A stretch of 55,038 nucleotides of DNA, filler included, from Haplodiscus bocki (GCA_965655095.1; 2 parts of 2 records of this genome joined end to end with filler, not necessarily neighbours in it), one strand, 5' to 3'; positions 39,745 through 51,362 are shown, counted from the first letter of the whole stretch. Numbers and translations are program-made. The notes: generated by a model from the letters alone, not told the origin.

Positions 39745-40900
39745 AATTCAAAGATGAGCTGTGACCAATCTGTTTCCGCTACAGCAGATGTGAATACCAT
39801 CGGATGCAAAAAGGTTTCCACAAATGTTTTCTGCGTTGCACTAAAACAGCTATTTCTTTCCGGGCGAAAAAATCACAGTGCTTTTCAGAGACAACCTTGT
39901 CCACGCATTCATTGGTCTTATTTGTAGAAGAAGCAACAATGAGAAATGATGGCGAGATTCTTTCCATTGTTCTTTGAATTAATTGTTCCCACTTATTTTC
40001 AAGCTTTGCCTAAGCATTAGTTGTCATTCAACCACTTCGTGACAACTTAAGCTAGATTTTTTTTTGGTAATAAAGATAACATCCCTCAATTTGTCAATAT
40101 TTGCCCCCCTTATAGCGGTAGACGATGCCCGAAAGCAATTACTTTTTAGATGTTTTATTCTTGAAGTATCAATGTCTAATTTTGTCTGCCAGTCAGGAAT
40201 TGTTTCGGGAAAAAACGGGATGGGTAAATTCAATCTAAACGGTCTCCCTTGTTTTTGTCTGTCGTATTTCTTTTTTGATTGGAATTGTGCTTGGTTGGTA
40301 AATAAGTTTAATAGTTTTTCAGATGTAATGGTAAAATAGAGGGTTGGCAAACAACTGAGCAGTTAAAATTTCATGAAAGTCTTTGTTCAAGGTAAGCAAC
40401 TTTCGTCGAAGCAATGATGGATGTTTTATGCGTACTGTGAAACTAGCGACTCTAAGAATATCTCCAACGGCTGCAAGCGAAAGGTTCCAATGGCGGAATT
40501 ACTTGCGAGTACACAAGTTTTTTTTGGTCAATTCGATGTAATAAAAGTCTTTATCACGAACTCACATTGTATGCGTTTCTTGACAGAAAATTTTTCCGAG
40601 CTTTTCTTTCCTCACCGCGTGTTGGGTCCTATTACATGCTCCAGTTTTAGAGTGTAGCTCTGAAGATCGGTTGTTCAGCCCTGAAACAGCTTTTGATCAG
40701 CTCTGCAAGAGTTGTGATTCTTTCGCAAATACATGAGAACATCAGACGTGAATGATGCCAATGAATCATCTTGACTCGTAGGTCGTTCAAGACTTCAAAC
40801 ACTGTCAAAAATTATAATGCCTTTCCAATGGAGTTTGAGTGTACTGAACTTTTTAGGGCCGCAGTTTTTTTATTTTGGTACTGCCAAAAACTCGAAATTT
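39745..40900 (-). pseudogene. Older LINE ORF1 remnant with SGNH esterase-like domain
   Basis: DTSRIKHL...IRGANIDKL (ORF 40024-40350) and C-terminal NLFASDGIHICCSGNRLV (DxxH motif, ~39770-39820). Esterase domains are known in ORF1 of some CR1/L2-group LINEs. Upstream boundary uncertain. Confidence 0.5.
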
Positions 40901-42419
40901 TGGGTTTTCGTTTTATTTGAAGGCAATCATTGAACAACTACAGTTTAACTTATTAACTTCTGCTGGCGATATCGGTTGAAATGAGGTTTCTCTGCCGCGA
41001 GTTATTTCGAAAACTTGAGAAAACTCAGATGCGCAAAGCTGCGAGGAAGCGATCTCTAATCTCAAAAGTGGGCCCTAATTTAGCTCTAAAACATCTGATT
41101 GAATCAATCACTCAGCACATCGGCAACAGACGAACATGTCAGAATGTGATAACGTAGTCAAAAACGGTAATATCACACAAAAACATCAAAAAAATGGAAT
41201 CTGTGTGTCCTGAAACTGCACTCTTCCAAACATTTTCAGAGAAAATTTGCAAAATAAAAAAGTTCAAGCATTCATTCAACAGGGCTCAAGATTTCCATGA
41301 ACTCTTTTGAGACCGCATTGGTTCTATTAATTTAGTAATATCAAAAAACAGCAAAAATGGATTACTGTCACGTTTCTGGCAAGGATGAAGGTTGAACAAC
41401 TAATTTATTCAATTTTGGCGTCTATTCGTAGTTGGGATGGAGTGATTTTCTCTGATCGTCTACGGTTTCTGTTTTATACTCATTAATACATAACTTAAGG
41501 CTCCTTCTATTTGTCCTACTTTTTTGTCGAGCAATGCTTGTTTTACTCAAGTAAAAAGCAAGCATTAGTATTATAGAGTATTATAGATGACTGAATACTA
41601 GACTACTTACTGAATAATAGAATAATGTGAACTGAAAATTTGATTTCTCTGCCTCGAAATCGAAGTACCTTGAAATAATTCGAAAAAGTAAGAATTTGCA
41701 CAAATTAGTCTTCTCTCAGCACTGTTGAGAGATTTTCAGGTGATGGTTAGTTCTGGATGACTGTTTAAGCAGCGCTGGTTATGGCTGATTAATTATAATT
41801 CACAACTGATCAGCACCAAAGTTCTAGGAAACGCCGCCCTTTTAGAGCAAAGGAACGTGTACACACAAATAAGTGTATAAAGGGAACAGAGTATTTTTTC
41901 AAAAAAGTTTCAATAACTTCGTAATTAATTGGCAATACTTAAGCGGAAGTGTGTATCAGCTTCTGAACAAAGCTTTTGTTAACAATTTTGCTGCCAAGTC
42001 TTAACCATATTGCGCAAAGTGACTATTTGTTTTAGCATTTGATTTGCTATCATGCGCCAAATGAATAGAATTTTTCTTACCATTGATGACTTTCCAAGAG
42101 GTGATAATCAAACTCAGTGCCATTTCCACAAAAAAATTGAAAACTTGATCCTGAAAGAGTCTAAAATAGAGTCTAAAAAAGAAAACAAACGGTTAAATTT
42201 GTGGTTGCTCAAGCTCAAATTTAAGTGTGAGTGATATTTGAAATCACCTGAGAACCAAAAGAGTTTTTGTTTTTCCTGAAGATGTTTAACAGACAGGAAG
42301 AAAGCAGAGAATAATACAATACAAGAATTAATGTACGACAGAAACATTAACACTGAATCGTATTTGGGTCTCTGGAATGAAACCTAGAGATAACCTGATA
42401 GATTAAAAAACAACATTTT

Positions 42420-42560
42420 GCATGGTTGGAAAAGCATAGCTACCACGCCCTGATCATCCCATGATGACAACCTGATGGCCATGCTTTATGTCATGACCAT
42501 GGAATCCTCTATGACAACCAAGACAAAGATGTCATGAAAAAGCCATGATCATTACATAGT
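42420..42560. repeat. CATG/TGAT-rich degenerate low-complexity repeat
   Basis: Dense catg, tcatga, tgatca and ccatgg motifs. Confidence 0.4.
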
Positions 42561-43811
42561 GTACGAGAAGTTTCTCTAGTGCCTATGCATGCCTGCAAAA
42601 CCTCGTGTAAATACTTTGTTGTCGCAAAATAGTTACATCATGAAAAAATTTCATTTTCCCACATGAACAGTTTGCTCTTTGTCTTTCAGGTAATCTACAT
42701 AGAGATGCTTTATATATTTAAATAATTCTCTATGTGCATTACCTGATATACAGCTGGAACCCAGTTTATCTGAGAGTTCAAATGGAACGTTTACATTTGA
42801 GATTCACTTGGAAAACCGCGTGAAGCTACGAACTTTTTTACCGCGTAAAGCTACGAATTGATCAAATTGATCGGAGGCAATAAAATTTTCAGGATACCCA
42901 TTAATTTCAAGACCAGAATTACAGCCCAGGAACGCGAAAACAACGTAATCATGTACAAAAAACTTGTCCTTGAATCCAAAATTTTTTATGAAAATTGCTT
43001 TACATATTCCAAGAATTCTACGAAAGCATTTTACCAAGGATATTTGACTTATGGACTTTCTCAGACAGTTTATATCAAACCAAAGAATCCCTGAGATGTA
43101 TTTTTTAAAAATTTGGAAGCATTTTCTAACAAATTCACCAGAAAACTACCAAAAAACGCGATTATAGCTAATTTTTTGTCCCAAAAGCCGCGATTCTCAA
43201 AATACACAAGGACCCCCGCATGGACATCTTAGGCCTTACAGGCGGCGCCTAAGCGGTCCAAGCGCTGACTTGGACTGTTCCCTGCTTTTTCAATTGCGGA
43301 CTGAGGTTTCAATCAATGGCTCAGATGACATTCAAACCGTTTCTAACGAAATAATGGTTGCTTGAAGTTTTCGATTATTCAGTTTAACAATTGTATGTAA
43401 ATTTCCATCTTCAAAGAAGGTTATGTAGAAAGATGCAAGAGCGAAAGTACAAGCTTTTTGTCATTCACATGGGCTATATCTAATCTTTGAAGGATTGTTT
43501 CTGGACAAATGAATGAGAAACATCGAAAAAACAGATGCTGTGAGCGTATTCTTTACGATTTAAACGAAAAAAACTGCTTTCGGAATATTATGTTAAACAA
43601 AAACTTGAGCTTTGAAAAGCGCCTGTTTTGAATGAAACCAAGATCAAGAAGTTCATTTTTGGTGCTGTCGGAGTCAGCTTCACAATAATAGTGGTCGTCA
43701 TCATTATAATCGTTGTTATAATAATCGTATTCGATTCTAGTGTACTCTATAAGTTTATATAAACTACAGTGGTGTCGTACAGAAATGCGATTTCGCGCCG
43801 ACTTCGAGCAC

Positions 43812-44213
43812 TCAGTGTCGTGGCCATCTTCTGGGCCAAAGTTTTGCAGCATCTGGCTGTGGAAGAAACCCGCTTCAGGATGAGGATCATTCTCGGAGTC
43901 GTCCTCATTCGTTCCCTGGCTTGTACCCAATGCGTTCCGGGACGCCTCCGGAGTAATTCCGGAGTGGCCATGCAGTAGCGGGTTCATGAGAGTCGTCAAG
44001 ACGTGCTAATGCGCCTAGTATGCGGTTTTTCGTTCTACTGAACTCTAGTGATAACCTTTTAGTGACTCTTCCCTCAATTTCCTCAGAAACTTGAGTTATG
44101 TAGTCTTCCTGCGATCTGGGAACATTTGACTTTTGTGCCAAGTTGCTCCTAGTATGTTCCTCGCATTTTTCCCTATCTAATGCTGCCAATCTTCTCTTGT
44201 TTCGAGTTGCCAA
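43812..44213 (-). pseudogene. gag: 5' part of a probable Gypsy gag/ORF1, truncated
   Basis: MATRNKRRLAAL...YITQVSEEIEGRVTKRLSLEFSRTKNRILGALARLDD, frameshifting into MNPLLHGHSGITPE...GPEDGHDT; starts ~120 bp after the LTR. The gag identity is from position and recalled similarity, not a conserved capsid motif. Confidence 0.55.
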
Positions 44214-44332
44214 TTTCTATGGGAAAAGTAATGATCAGTCGTTAATACTTGATTATCGTTTGCAGGAGGAAAATCAATTTCGGTTTTTTAACAGTTTTGA
44301 ATAAGGCAACGAAGGGAATTAACAATACTGTG

Positions 44333-44517
44333 TGTTATCGTCAGTACTCCGAAGCAATAATAACACTTCTGTTTTGTACTTTCGTTTCTCCTTCTTGAAC
44401 CTTTACCTGGCGGGAAACATAATTGTTTGCACGGCAAGTCAAGGTACAAATAGGAAAAAGTACTTTATACATTATCACATCAAAGTCAAAAATGCCAACT
44501 CTGGCGGGAATTAAACA
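44333..44517 (-). repeat. Putative short LTR (185 bp) of element B
   Basis: Minus strand TGTTTAATTCCCG...GATAACA (TGTT/AACA termini), TATAAAG at ~44463-44469, purine tract directly upstream, gag-like ORF downstream. Confidence 0.55.
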
Positions 44518-44518
44518 A

Positions 44519-44541
44519 CTTTTCGTTCCTTCTCTTCCTTC
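44519..44541 (-). other. PPT of element B
   Basis: Minus strand GAAGGAAGAGAAGGAACGAAAAG, one base before the LTR TG. Confidence 0.6.
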
Positions 44542-45486
44542 ATAGGACGCGTCCTTTCCATCCTTCGACAGAAAATGGACGGACCTAATCCATCAGAGAT
44601 GGACATCAAAGTGCCTATTCCCGCGCCGACGTTTTATTTACAGTCTTGGTAACTGTATACTCCATAGATGGAAAATACTAGGAATTTCTTCAATTAGGAG
44701 AGTAAAAATTAAAATAATTAACACGGAAAAAAGAAGGAAATAAAATAAAATACAAAATACAAGACTTTAGAACAAAAACACATTTAATCATCTTCATGCC
44801 CATTTCATCACCAAAAAACTTTTTGACTTCTACTCTTCTAGAAAGGAAGAGAAACTGGTAGCACTACTAGTTTACTCCTCGTTCCGACAAGTAGCTACTA
44901 GTGGTATCCCGAACAGCTCCGTAGCCACTAGTAGTATTAGTTGAGTTTAAGTAAGCCGTACTCAAATGAGGAGTGAATACGGAGTCTTTCCGTATTCACC
45001 ATAGCACTGCAGCACAGCATAGTAGGAGTGGTTTTGTGACGTCACCAGACTAGTGACGACGGAACACGTACGGAACAAATATTCACTCCGAGAAGCAATT
45101 TTATTACAGACAAGTCACGCTACTTCTAGCATTACTTTATATTAAAGCACCGCTGTAAACTGCACTTATTGCAATCAATCAATGTAATTGTACCAAAAAA
45201 GATGGATTTATATTTATTAACTAAATAAAGAGATTAATTTTAAAACAGTACCTTTAGAGTTAAAAGGCTCTATGAATACTTGTATGTTCCGTAACGGTTC
45301 CGTCCTAGTCTGGATCAGTTCAAAAAAGTGTTCCGTATAAAATACATACCACTATATTTCCATACATTTGTTATGGATACGTATTAGATACGTATCCGTA
45401 TAAATGCACAATGATTAAAAATATTCAAGGGGTAATTAGTTAAGAATCTGCTTAGTAGTATTTTAGTTTGAGTTTCTCCCTGAGCA

Positions 45487-46173
45487 TTAGGGTGTCTTTC
45501 TGGTTGGTAGGGGCTGGCCGCATGCCTCGCATGTGAGCTGCGACACTCGCCCATTTTGAAGAAAAGACATCCCAATACTCAGTTTTCTCTTTTGTTGTGG
45601 TGGAGGCGGCGGTGTGCAGGACGGTGTGGATACAGACGATACTTATCCGGGTTCATTGAAGTCAAATGTTTCGTTAGGAGAAATATCCCAATAGACTCGT
45701 CTGGGGTCGTCGTCCGTTTAAAATGTGGCGTCGTCCGTTGTGGTGTGCGTTGTCTCCCAGCCTTCAATGGTACTCACATTCATTGGGGGCTTAGAAATTG
45801 GAGACGGGAAAGATGATTCCAGTGATTGGGGGCTGTATTCATCCGCTCGAATCACAGCCATATTAGCCTACACATGAAAAGGGTTGTGCTGCAAGTTGAG
45901 ATCATTGCGGCTGCGCGGCATAAATGGATTTTGATTACCGAACCCGTATGGAAATGTGGGTTCGTTAAAGTCCGAGTCTATAGTAACTATTTGTGGCTCC
46001 GGAGAGGCGACGGAGGAGACTGTGATTGTCTCCGTTGCCATAGCTCCTGATTGCTCCGTAGAGTTGAGGATTACCGGTGTATTATTCCTGATCGGGCTAC
46101 TTTCTTCTGATGAGCGCTCCACATAGAAAACGTCTGAAACTGTATATGAATCCAAAGAGAGATTTTGGTACAT
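45487..46173 (-). pseudogene. Accessory ORF in element sense: Ser/Thr/Pro/acidic-rich protein with QKRK and C-terminal CEACG
   Basis: One frame from ATG 46173 to TAA 45487-45489 (229 codons including the stop), with three internal stops and no frameshift. Confidence 0.55.
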
Positions 46174-46449
46174 GCCTATTGATACTTGGGAATGCGGAAG
46201 TTTTTAAAACAGTTGAAAGCTGCTAAGATCAACAAAGTGGCTTCAAGAAGTGATGATATAACTGAAAGTGAGTCGGCACACACCGTCAAGCAGGAGATGC
46301 TTTGAAGTTGCCGCGGTTGCAGTCGAAGTACTAAAGTCACTTACTTGGCGGTATAACTGAAGTTGATGAATGGTAAACAAATTAAATGTGAAATTAGGAA
46401 GGAGGAAACTTTGAGTTTCATTCCTCAATGTATCCTTGAAATATCATGC

Positions 46450-46457
46450 TGACGTCA
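46450..46457. promoter_or_regulatory. CRE palindrome TGACGTCA between the two divergent ATGs
   Basis: Perfect TGACGTCA in the 388-bp gap between ATG 46173(-) and ATG 46562(+); a second copy is at 45037-45044. Function is inferred only. Confidence 0.35.
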
Positions 46458-46561
46458 TTGCTGGCAGACAAATCGGTCAAACTGGAAATTAAATATTTCT
46501 GACATTTGATGAATAAAATTATAAATCCACCATGTAATTGTTGAAAGCCACGTCGTTCGTC

Positions 46562-49500
46562 ATGCCTGATGAAAAGAAAAAACGTCGTGTTGTTGTGGGA
46601 GGCGAGAGTAGTCGTCGTTCGGAGGGTTCCGGAGCAACCCCGGATGTTGGAGTGTCCGTTAACGATCAGTCCCCCCCCCCCCCCGATCGCCCCATTGTAC
46701 GTGAGGCTGTTGTCAGTGAAGAGGCGAGGAGGCCAGCGGAAGACAAGGGCAGAGAGGTTGATGGCGAGTCGGAGATCATCTCTGTGGGTGGACCTCTTGG
46801 AATTGCAGGTGGGTGCGAGTCCGAGGGATTGACGTTTGAGGAAGCAGTCGGGAGAGCTGGTCTCATTTCAGAGACAGAGAGTGCATTGTATACATCTGGA
46901 CTACCAATTTGTTAGTTTTCAAATTTCTCAATAACCATTAAACTTTCATTAGGATTCCACACTGGCCAGTTGTTCCATCCGTTAAGTTAAATTTCATGTG
47001 CTCACAAATCATCAGAAATTGACTTCGCCATCGGGTTGTGTTTTAGTGTAGGATTCTGCGGGAAAACCTGCCATAAAGTCGGTTCGTGGCAGTGTTTGTG
47101 AACAGTCTGCTTCCGGCAGCGAGTTCGAAATTGGAGGTGCAATTTCAGGAGAAAACTTTCCCTGGAGGGCTTCCCGGAGAGCTCCGTTGGCGGCTGTAGC
47201 TGAGAGTTAGTTTTGATCTCGCCTAATTATCGTGTTAGTGCTTCCAGCGTGTACCTATACTCGTGTTTTGTGTTGTAGGCGCTGAAGAAGAGACGGGAGG
47301 AGATGGGGCAGGAGAAGTGTCCACTGGCGTAGAGAGCGAGGGCGTGGTGCACAGGAGAAGGACTGTTATTACCAGAAGACTGATACCGCTCACCGGGGGC
47401 CCCAGCATTGTCTTCTTGCGGCCGACTAGAGCCAGAGTAGGAGTCGACAGCTGTTAGGGAAGGCGTTCGATGAGGTTATACTTTGTTCCAAATGAGTAAT
47501 ATTCTAGTATTACTCCTCGTTTGGTCCATGTTTGTGACTCATATTTTCCTGTTTTAGATCAGTACTCCGGAGATTCTTCGTCTTCCCTCATTCAGACCAC
47601 AGGACATCAGCTAGTGTCTCTTTGTCTCTCTTTGGTGGGGGAGGAGAAACATCAGCTCCTGGGTCCATTAATGACCAGTTAGTACTCCGGAACTGTTCCG
47701 TATAACTCCGTAATTCTTTGGTTTCACCATGTGTTTTTTGTTGCCGGAGCTTGATGAGGTGTTGGGCAAGCTCACCCAGGCGCCATCAGTGTCGCATCAG
47801 CAACAACATGTGCCTGACACAACGGACACCAGTGGAGAGGACACTGATGTTGATCAGCCTCGGAGACGGGTTCGCTCCAGGCGCACTTTCAAATTGAAGT
47901 AAAGGTACGCTGTTGGCGAGCTGGCTCAATTCTTCGTCACCGGGCCCAGTGATGCTGCAAACGAGGTGAGCGTGTTTTATTGCTGTGTGTCGGAAGGATG
48001 TGTCGGTTCTCACTCACGGAGGATACGAGATAATCCGGCATTTCCAGGGACACCACCATTTCGCTCGGAACCAACGGCCTCGCCTGGAGACACCTAGTTG
48101 GCGGGTGTTGGATTTCGAGGGCAACCCACTCCCCGAAGACGAACTTGAGAGACAGCGAGACAAATTTATGCTTGCCCCCCTTGTAGTCCGGGACCGAGAA
48201 TATCCCTTTCGGTAGACCTGATTCCGGATGCATCCGTAAACGTTGATCCACAGTTGCCAGTGCTGGCGAAATCTCCGGCCTCGTAGATGCACTTCAGTTG
48301 GGTGGGAGCTACGAGCTCGTGGTAAAACTGTGGGAGAGATTCGTGCTGACAACCAGTTGGATCAATGTGACTGTTGCTTGGTCTCGCGATGAGGCTCTGG
48401 TTAGTTCCGCATTGTCTCCGGATGCCAAATGCACTGATTAATTTAACTTTGGATTAACTTTTGTTTTCCTTTTTTAATCCAGTCTTCTGAACTGGATACT
48501 TCCGCGCATTTTGACACGTGTGGTTGACTGGATGAAGGCACACTGGCAGTTTGGTGAGGAATTTTCAACTCATGGCTCTGCAACGTGGGTCTACATCAGG
48601 ATGTGGAAGGCGGGTGATATTGTGCGGGTAGCTATGGCCATATTTGACCGATAATATGGTGATGCAAACAGCGAACTGGCAATTTTGGGGAAAATTCTGA
48701 GCGCAGTTGGCAGTGGGGCATCACTCGTTTCACATTCTGGTGGCTCTCGCACCCTGGTGGACTGCTACAGGGAGTCTCTTGGGAGTGGCTACACAAAGAC
48801 CCTTGTAGATAAAATCCGATTATTGATGTGCTGCTTCTGAAACGGTGCCTTCAGAAAAATGCAACAGTGGTTTCTGGGACATTAGACACTTTTTCATTGA
48901 CGGAGATCATTGTTACTCGATTGAAGGGGGCGGAACATCGAGACTAGATGCAATCGAGGCAGCTTCTTCGAATGGCCATAGAAACGGACGTTCTCTCTCT
49001 TCCCGGACTTCTGAAAGTTATCAGTAACATCATCGGTGTGTGGCCACTAATAGTGTCCTTTTTAAAAGAAGCTGGGAAGAAGGACAGCGGAGATAATCTT
49101 GTGGTATGGTTTTTTCTTTTATTTTCCTTTTCGTAAAAGGCCTATATTTATTAACGTTCTCTTCTTTAGAAGAAAAGGATAGATGGATACTTTTACATCG
49201 ATCAGCTGAGCAGAAGGAAGATCCGTCTGTTCCATCTTATCCTTGAAATGTGTTGGTATTCACGTGATATGTCACATTTGGGTAGTATTCCGCAATTACG
49301 CATGCATCTTTTGTGTGGAGATTCTAAGAGTCAACGTGTAGCTTTCCTAGTGCTATACTTTTTGCCAAATTGTTAGGGATTTCTAGGAGTCAACTTGTAG
49401 CGTTCCTAGTGGCACCCTCATTTGGAATTGGTTGGGGATTATTAGGAGTCAACCCTTAGCGTTACTAGTGGCATCCTCATTTCCAAATTCGGTACTCAGG

Positions 49501-50921
49501 GGTAATACTCTCTTTCAGACAGCGACAATTTTGTCGCACAGCGGTCTCCTGGAAATGGGTACGGATATCGGGCGTATGGCGAGCTGTCCTATTTCGTGTA
49601 CTGCATCTTGCAAAAGATCAAGAAGAGTGGATCGCTTCCCTTAGTAGAGAAATGTGAAAACTACGTGCTTCCAAAACATTCTTCGTTCGCCGCTATTGAG
49701 GAGGAGCACTTTCTGGTCGGAACTCGCGTTCATGCAGCCCTAGAGAAAATGTCAAGCTCCTACTTGAACAAAGAATTCTGGAGGCAATGCGCGTCGCTTC
49801 CCTGATGAGTTCTGCAGCACCATTTTGTCACCCGTAGCCGCCAGATCTACGCTGGGTCAAGGAGTTAGCTGTTTCTGCCCTGAAAAAGTTCTGGGAGGCG
49901 ATGAACAAGCCGCTTTTTTCTTGTACGGGCAGTTACTGGATGAACTTATTGAATGTGTTTGGGAGAGGGGGTCCAATGTTGAGGCTTGCAACGCCGATTT
50001 CTAGTCTTTTGTCTGGGAGCAGCGCCAACTGGAGCGTCATTCGACAAGGAGGCGCCCTGATGTACGGATGTTGAGCGCCTACTTCGCTCAACAGACCGGA
50101 TTTCAAAGTCGCAGGCACCTCTTCGGGGTAGGTTCAGTATTATTTTAGGATGCACTTCCTTGTAAGCAGTAATCAACATTATTTGTTGTAGGTGTTCCAA
50201 ATAACGACTCTGTTTCTTCGGGATTCAGTTGAAGAGTTGCCCGCATTCACTGTAAGTTTGGATGGAGTTGCCTTGAACCGCCGAGTTGTGGATAAATCGA
50301 TTGCTTGCATACATGGTTTTGTACGGTCACCCCACATTACCCAGCGCGATTTCTTCAGCGACAATGGGATCTACTTGTTTCTGCCGTCAATGCTGCTGGC
50401 TCGATGCGGGACCAATCGACTTGTGAGCGTTGGGCGAATGTGCTCCCTGAGGGCTATAAAGCCACTTTATTGGATTTCATGCTTTGGTCTTCAGGCGGAA
50501 AGAGGCACGGGATACATCCGAGAGATGGTTCGGAGTGCGCAGTGTGGAGTCATCTGATGTTGGGGAGCCATCTTGTTGGACTGGAGTGCGGTTATCAGAT
50601 GTTGTTGAGGTTGGGCAGGTTGAGTACCTGTCTGATTCTATGTTTGCTCGGGATCAGCCCTGTAGTAGTGGTACTACAATGTCACCTCGAAGCACTGGAA
50701 AAGGAAAGCGCAAGAGAAGTGCGACACCCGCTCTCGCTGTTACACCCAAGAGATTATTCGACTTTGACGACGAATCAATTATTTTTCCGAAAACGGGATG
50801 AGTGTAATTTGCAGGTCCAAACCTTGGAAGCGCTCTAAAAAGCCAAGAAAAAACTGCTGCGTCTCGTCGGAGTTGGCGCAGTTATCGTGCTGCACCAGTT
50901 GACCGGTCAAGTCCCCGTTAA
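46562..50921 (+). pseudogene. Multi-exon antisense gene inside Gypsy element B encoding a zinc-finger protein, possibly hAT-transposase-derived
   Basis: Approximate exons: 46562-46910, 47047-47205, 47279-47452, 47558-47677, ~47747-48399, ~48478-49103, 49519-50127, 50192-~50921. Donors GTTAGT/GTTAGG/GTATGG/GTAGGT; pyrimidine-rich AG acceptors at five introns. Finger CCVCRKDVSVLTHGGYEIIRHFQGHHH; basic tail KGKRKRS. Confidence 0.7.
49319..49492 (+). repeat. 59-bp tandem repeat x3 inside intron 6 of the antisense gene
   Basis: gagtcaac at 49328, 49387 and 49446, each followed by tagc(t/g)tt(c/a)ctagtg. Confidence 0.85.
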
Positions 50922-51036
50922 CTTACATATCATTCGCAATTGTATTTTAAAATTTAGAGTTTTTAGTTAACAGTCTATGGCTCGTTGTCCTTTTACAGAG
51001 TTGAGTAGTATTCGAGTATGTCGCCAGGGTGTATCC

Positions 51037-51348
51037 TTAAAATGTCAAGGATAACTTGTACAAACTCCGTATCGCATCCGTAGCCAAAATGTTGGGAATT
51101 TCCGGGAATGTCTCCGGAAGTCCTCCGTAGGGCATACTAGGATGCGCTAGGCAGGTATTTCTGGAACGTGGGGCTTCAATTTCTGCAAATTGGAAAATAT
51201 CTAGGACTGAGTGGCTAGCAATGCAGGGTTGTTCCAGAACTGATACTAGGAGTTTTCTGGGTAGGTACGTAGGTGCTCCGTAACGGTTCCGTAGCACTTC
51301 TTCAAAATACACATATGGTGCACGTAGTTGTTCCGGGTACCATACCAA
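51037..51348 (-). CDS. Small ORF (103 aa) immediately after pol of element B; unknown function
   Basis: Open ORF 14 bp downstream of the pol stop; the ORF-track start is CTG and the first ATG is at ~51342. No domain recognised. Confidence 0.3.
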   Translation of the reverse strand: MVWYPEQLRAPYVYFEEVLRNRYGAPTYLPRKLLVSVLEQPCIASHSVLDIFQFAEIEAPRSRNTCLAHPSMPYGGLPETFPEIPNILATDAIRSLYKLSLTF

Positions 51349-51362
51349 GACAGATTTGTAAT

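Noticed and set aside
40900-43550. Host gene exons in the AT-rich interval
   Set aside because: Short ORFs lack domains or consistent splice structure; the same holds for ~30-31.8 kb.
44310-44430. Tf1-style self-priming (post-LTR CAGTATTGTT pairing with LTR AACAATTATG)
   Set aside because: Only 8 of 10 positions match in AT-rich sequence; not distinguishable from chance.
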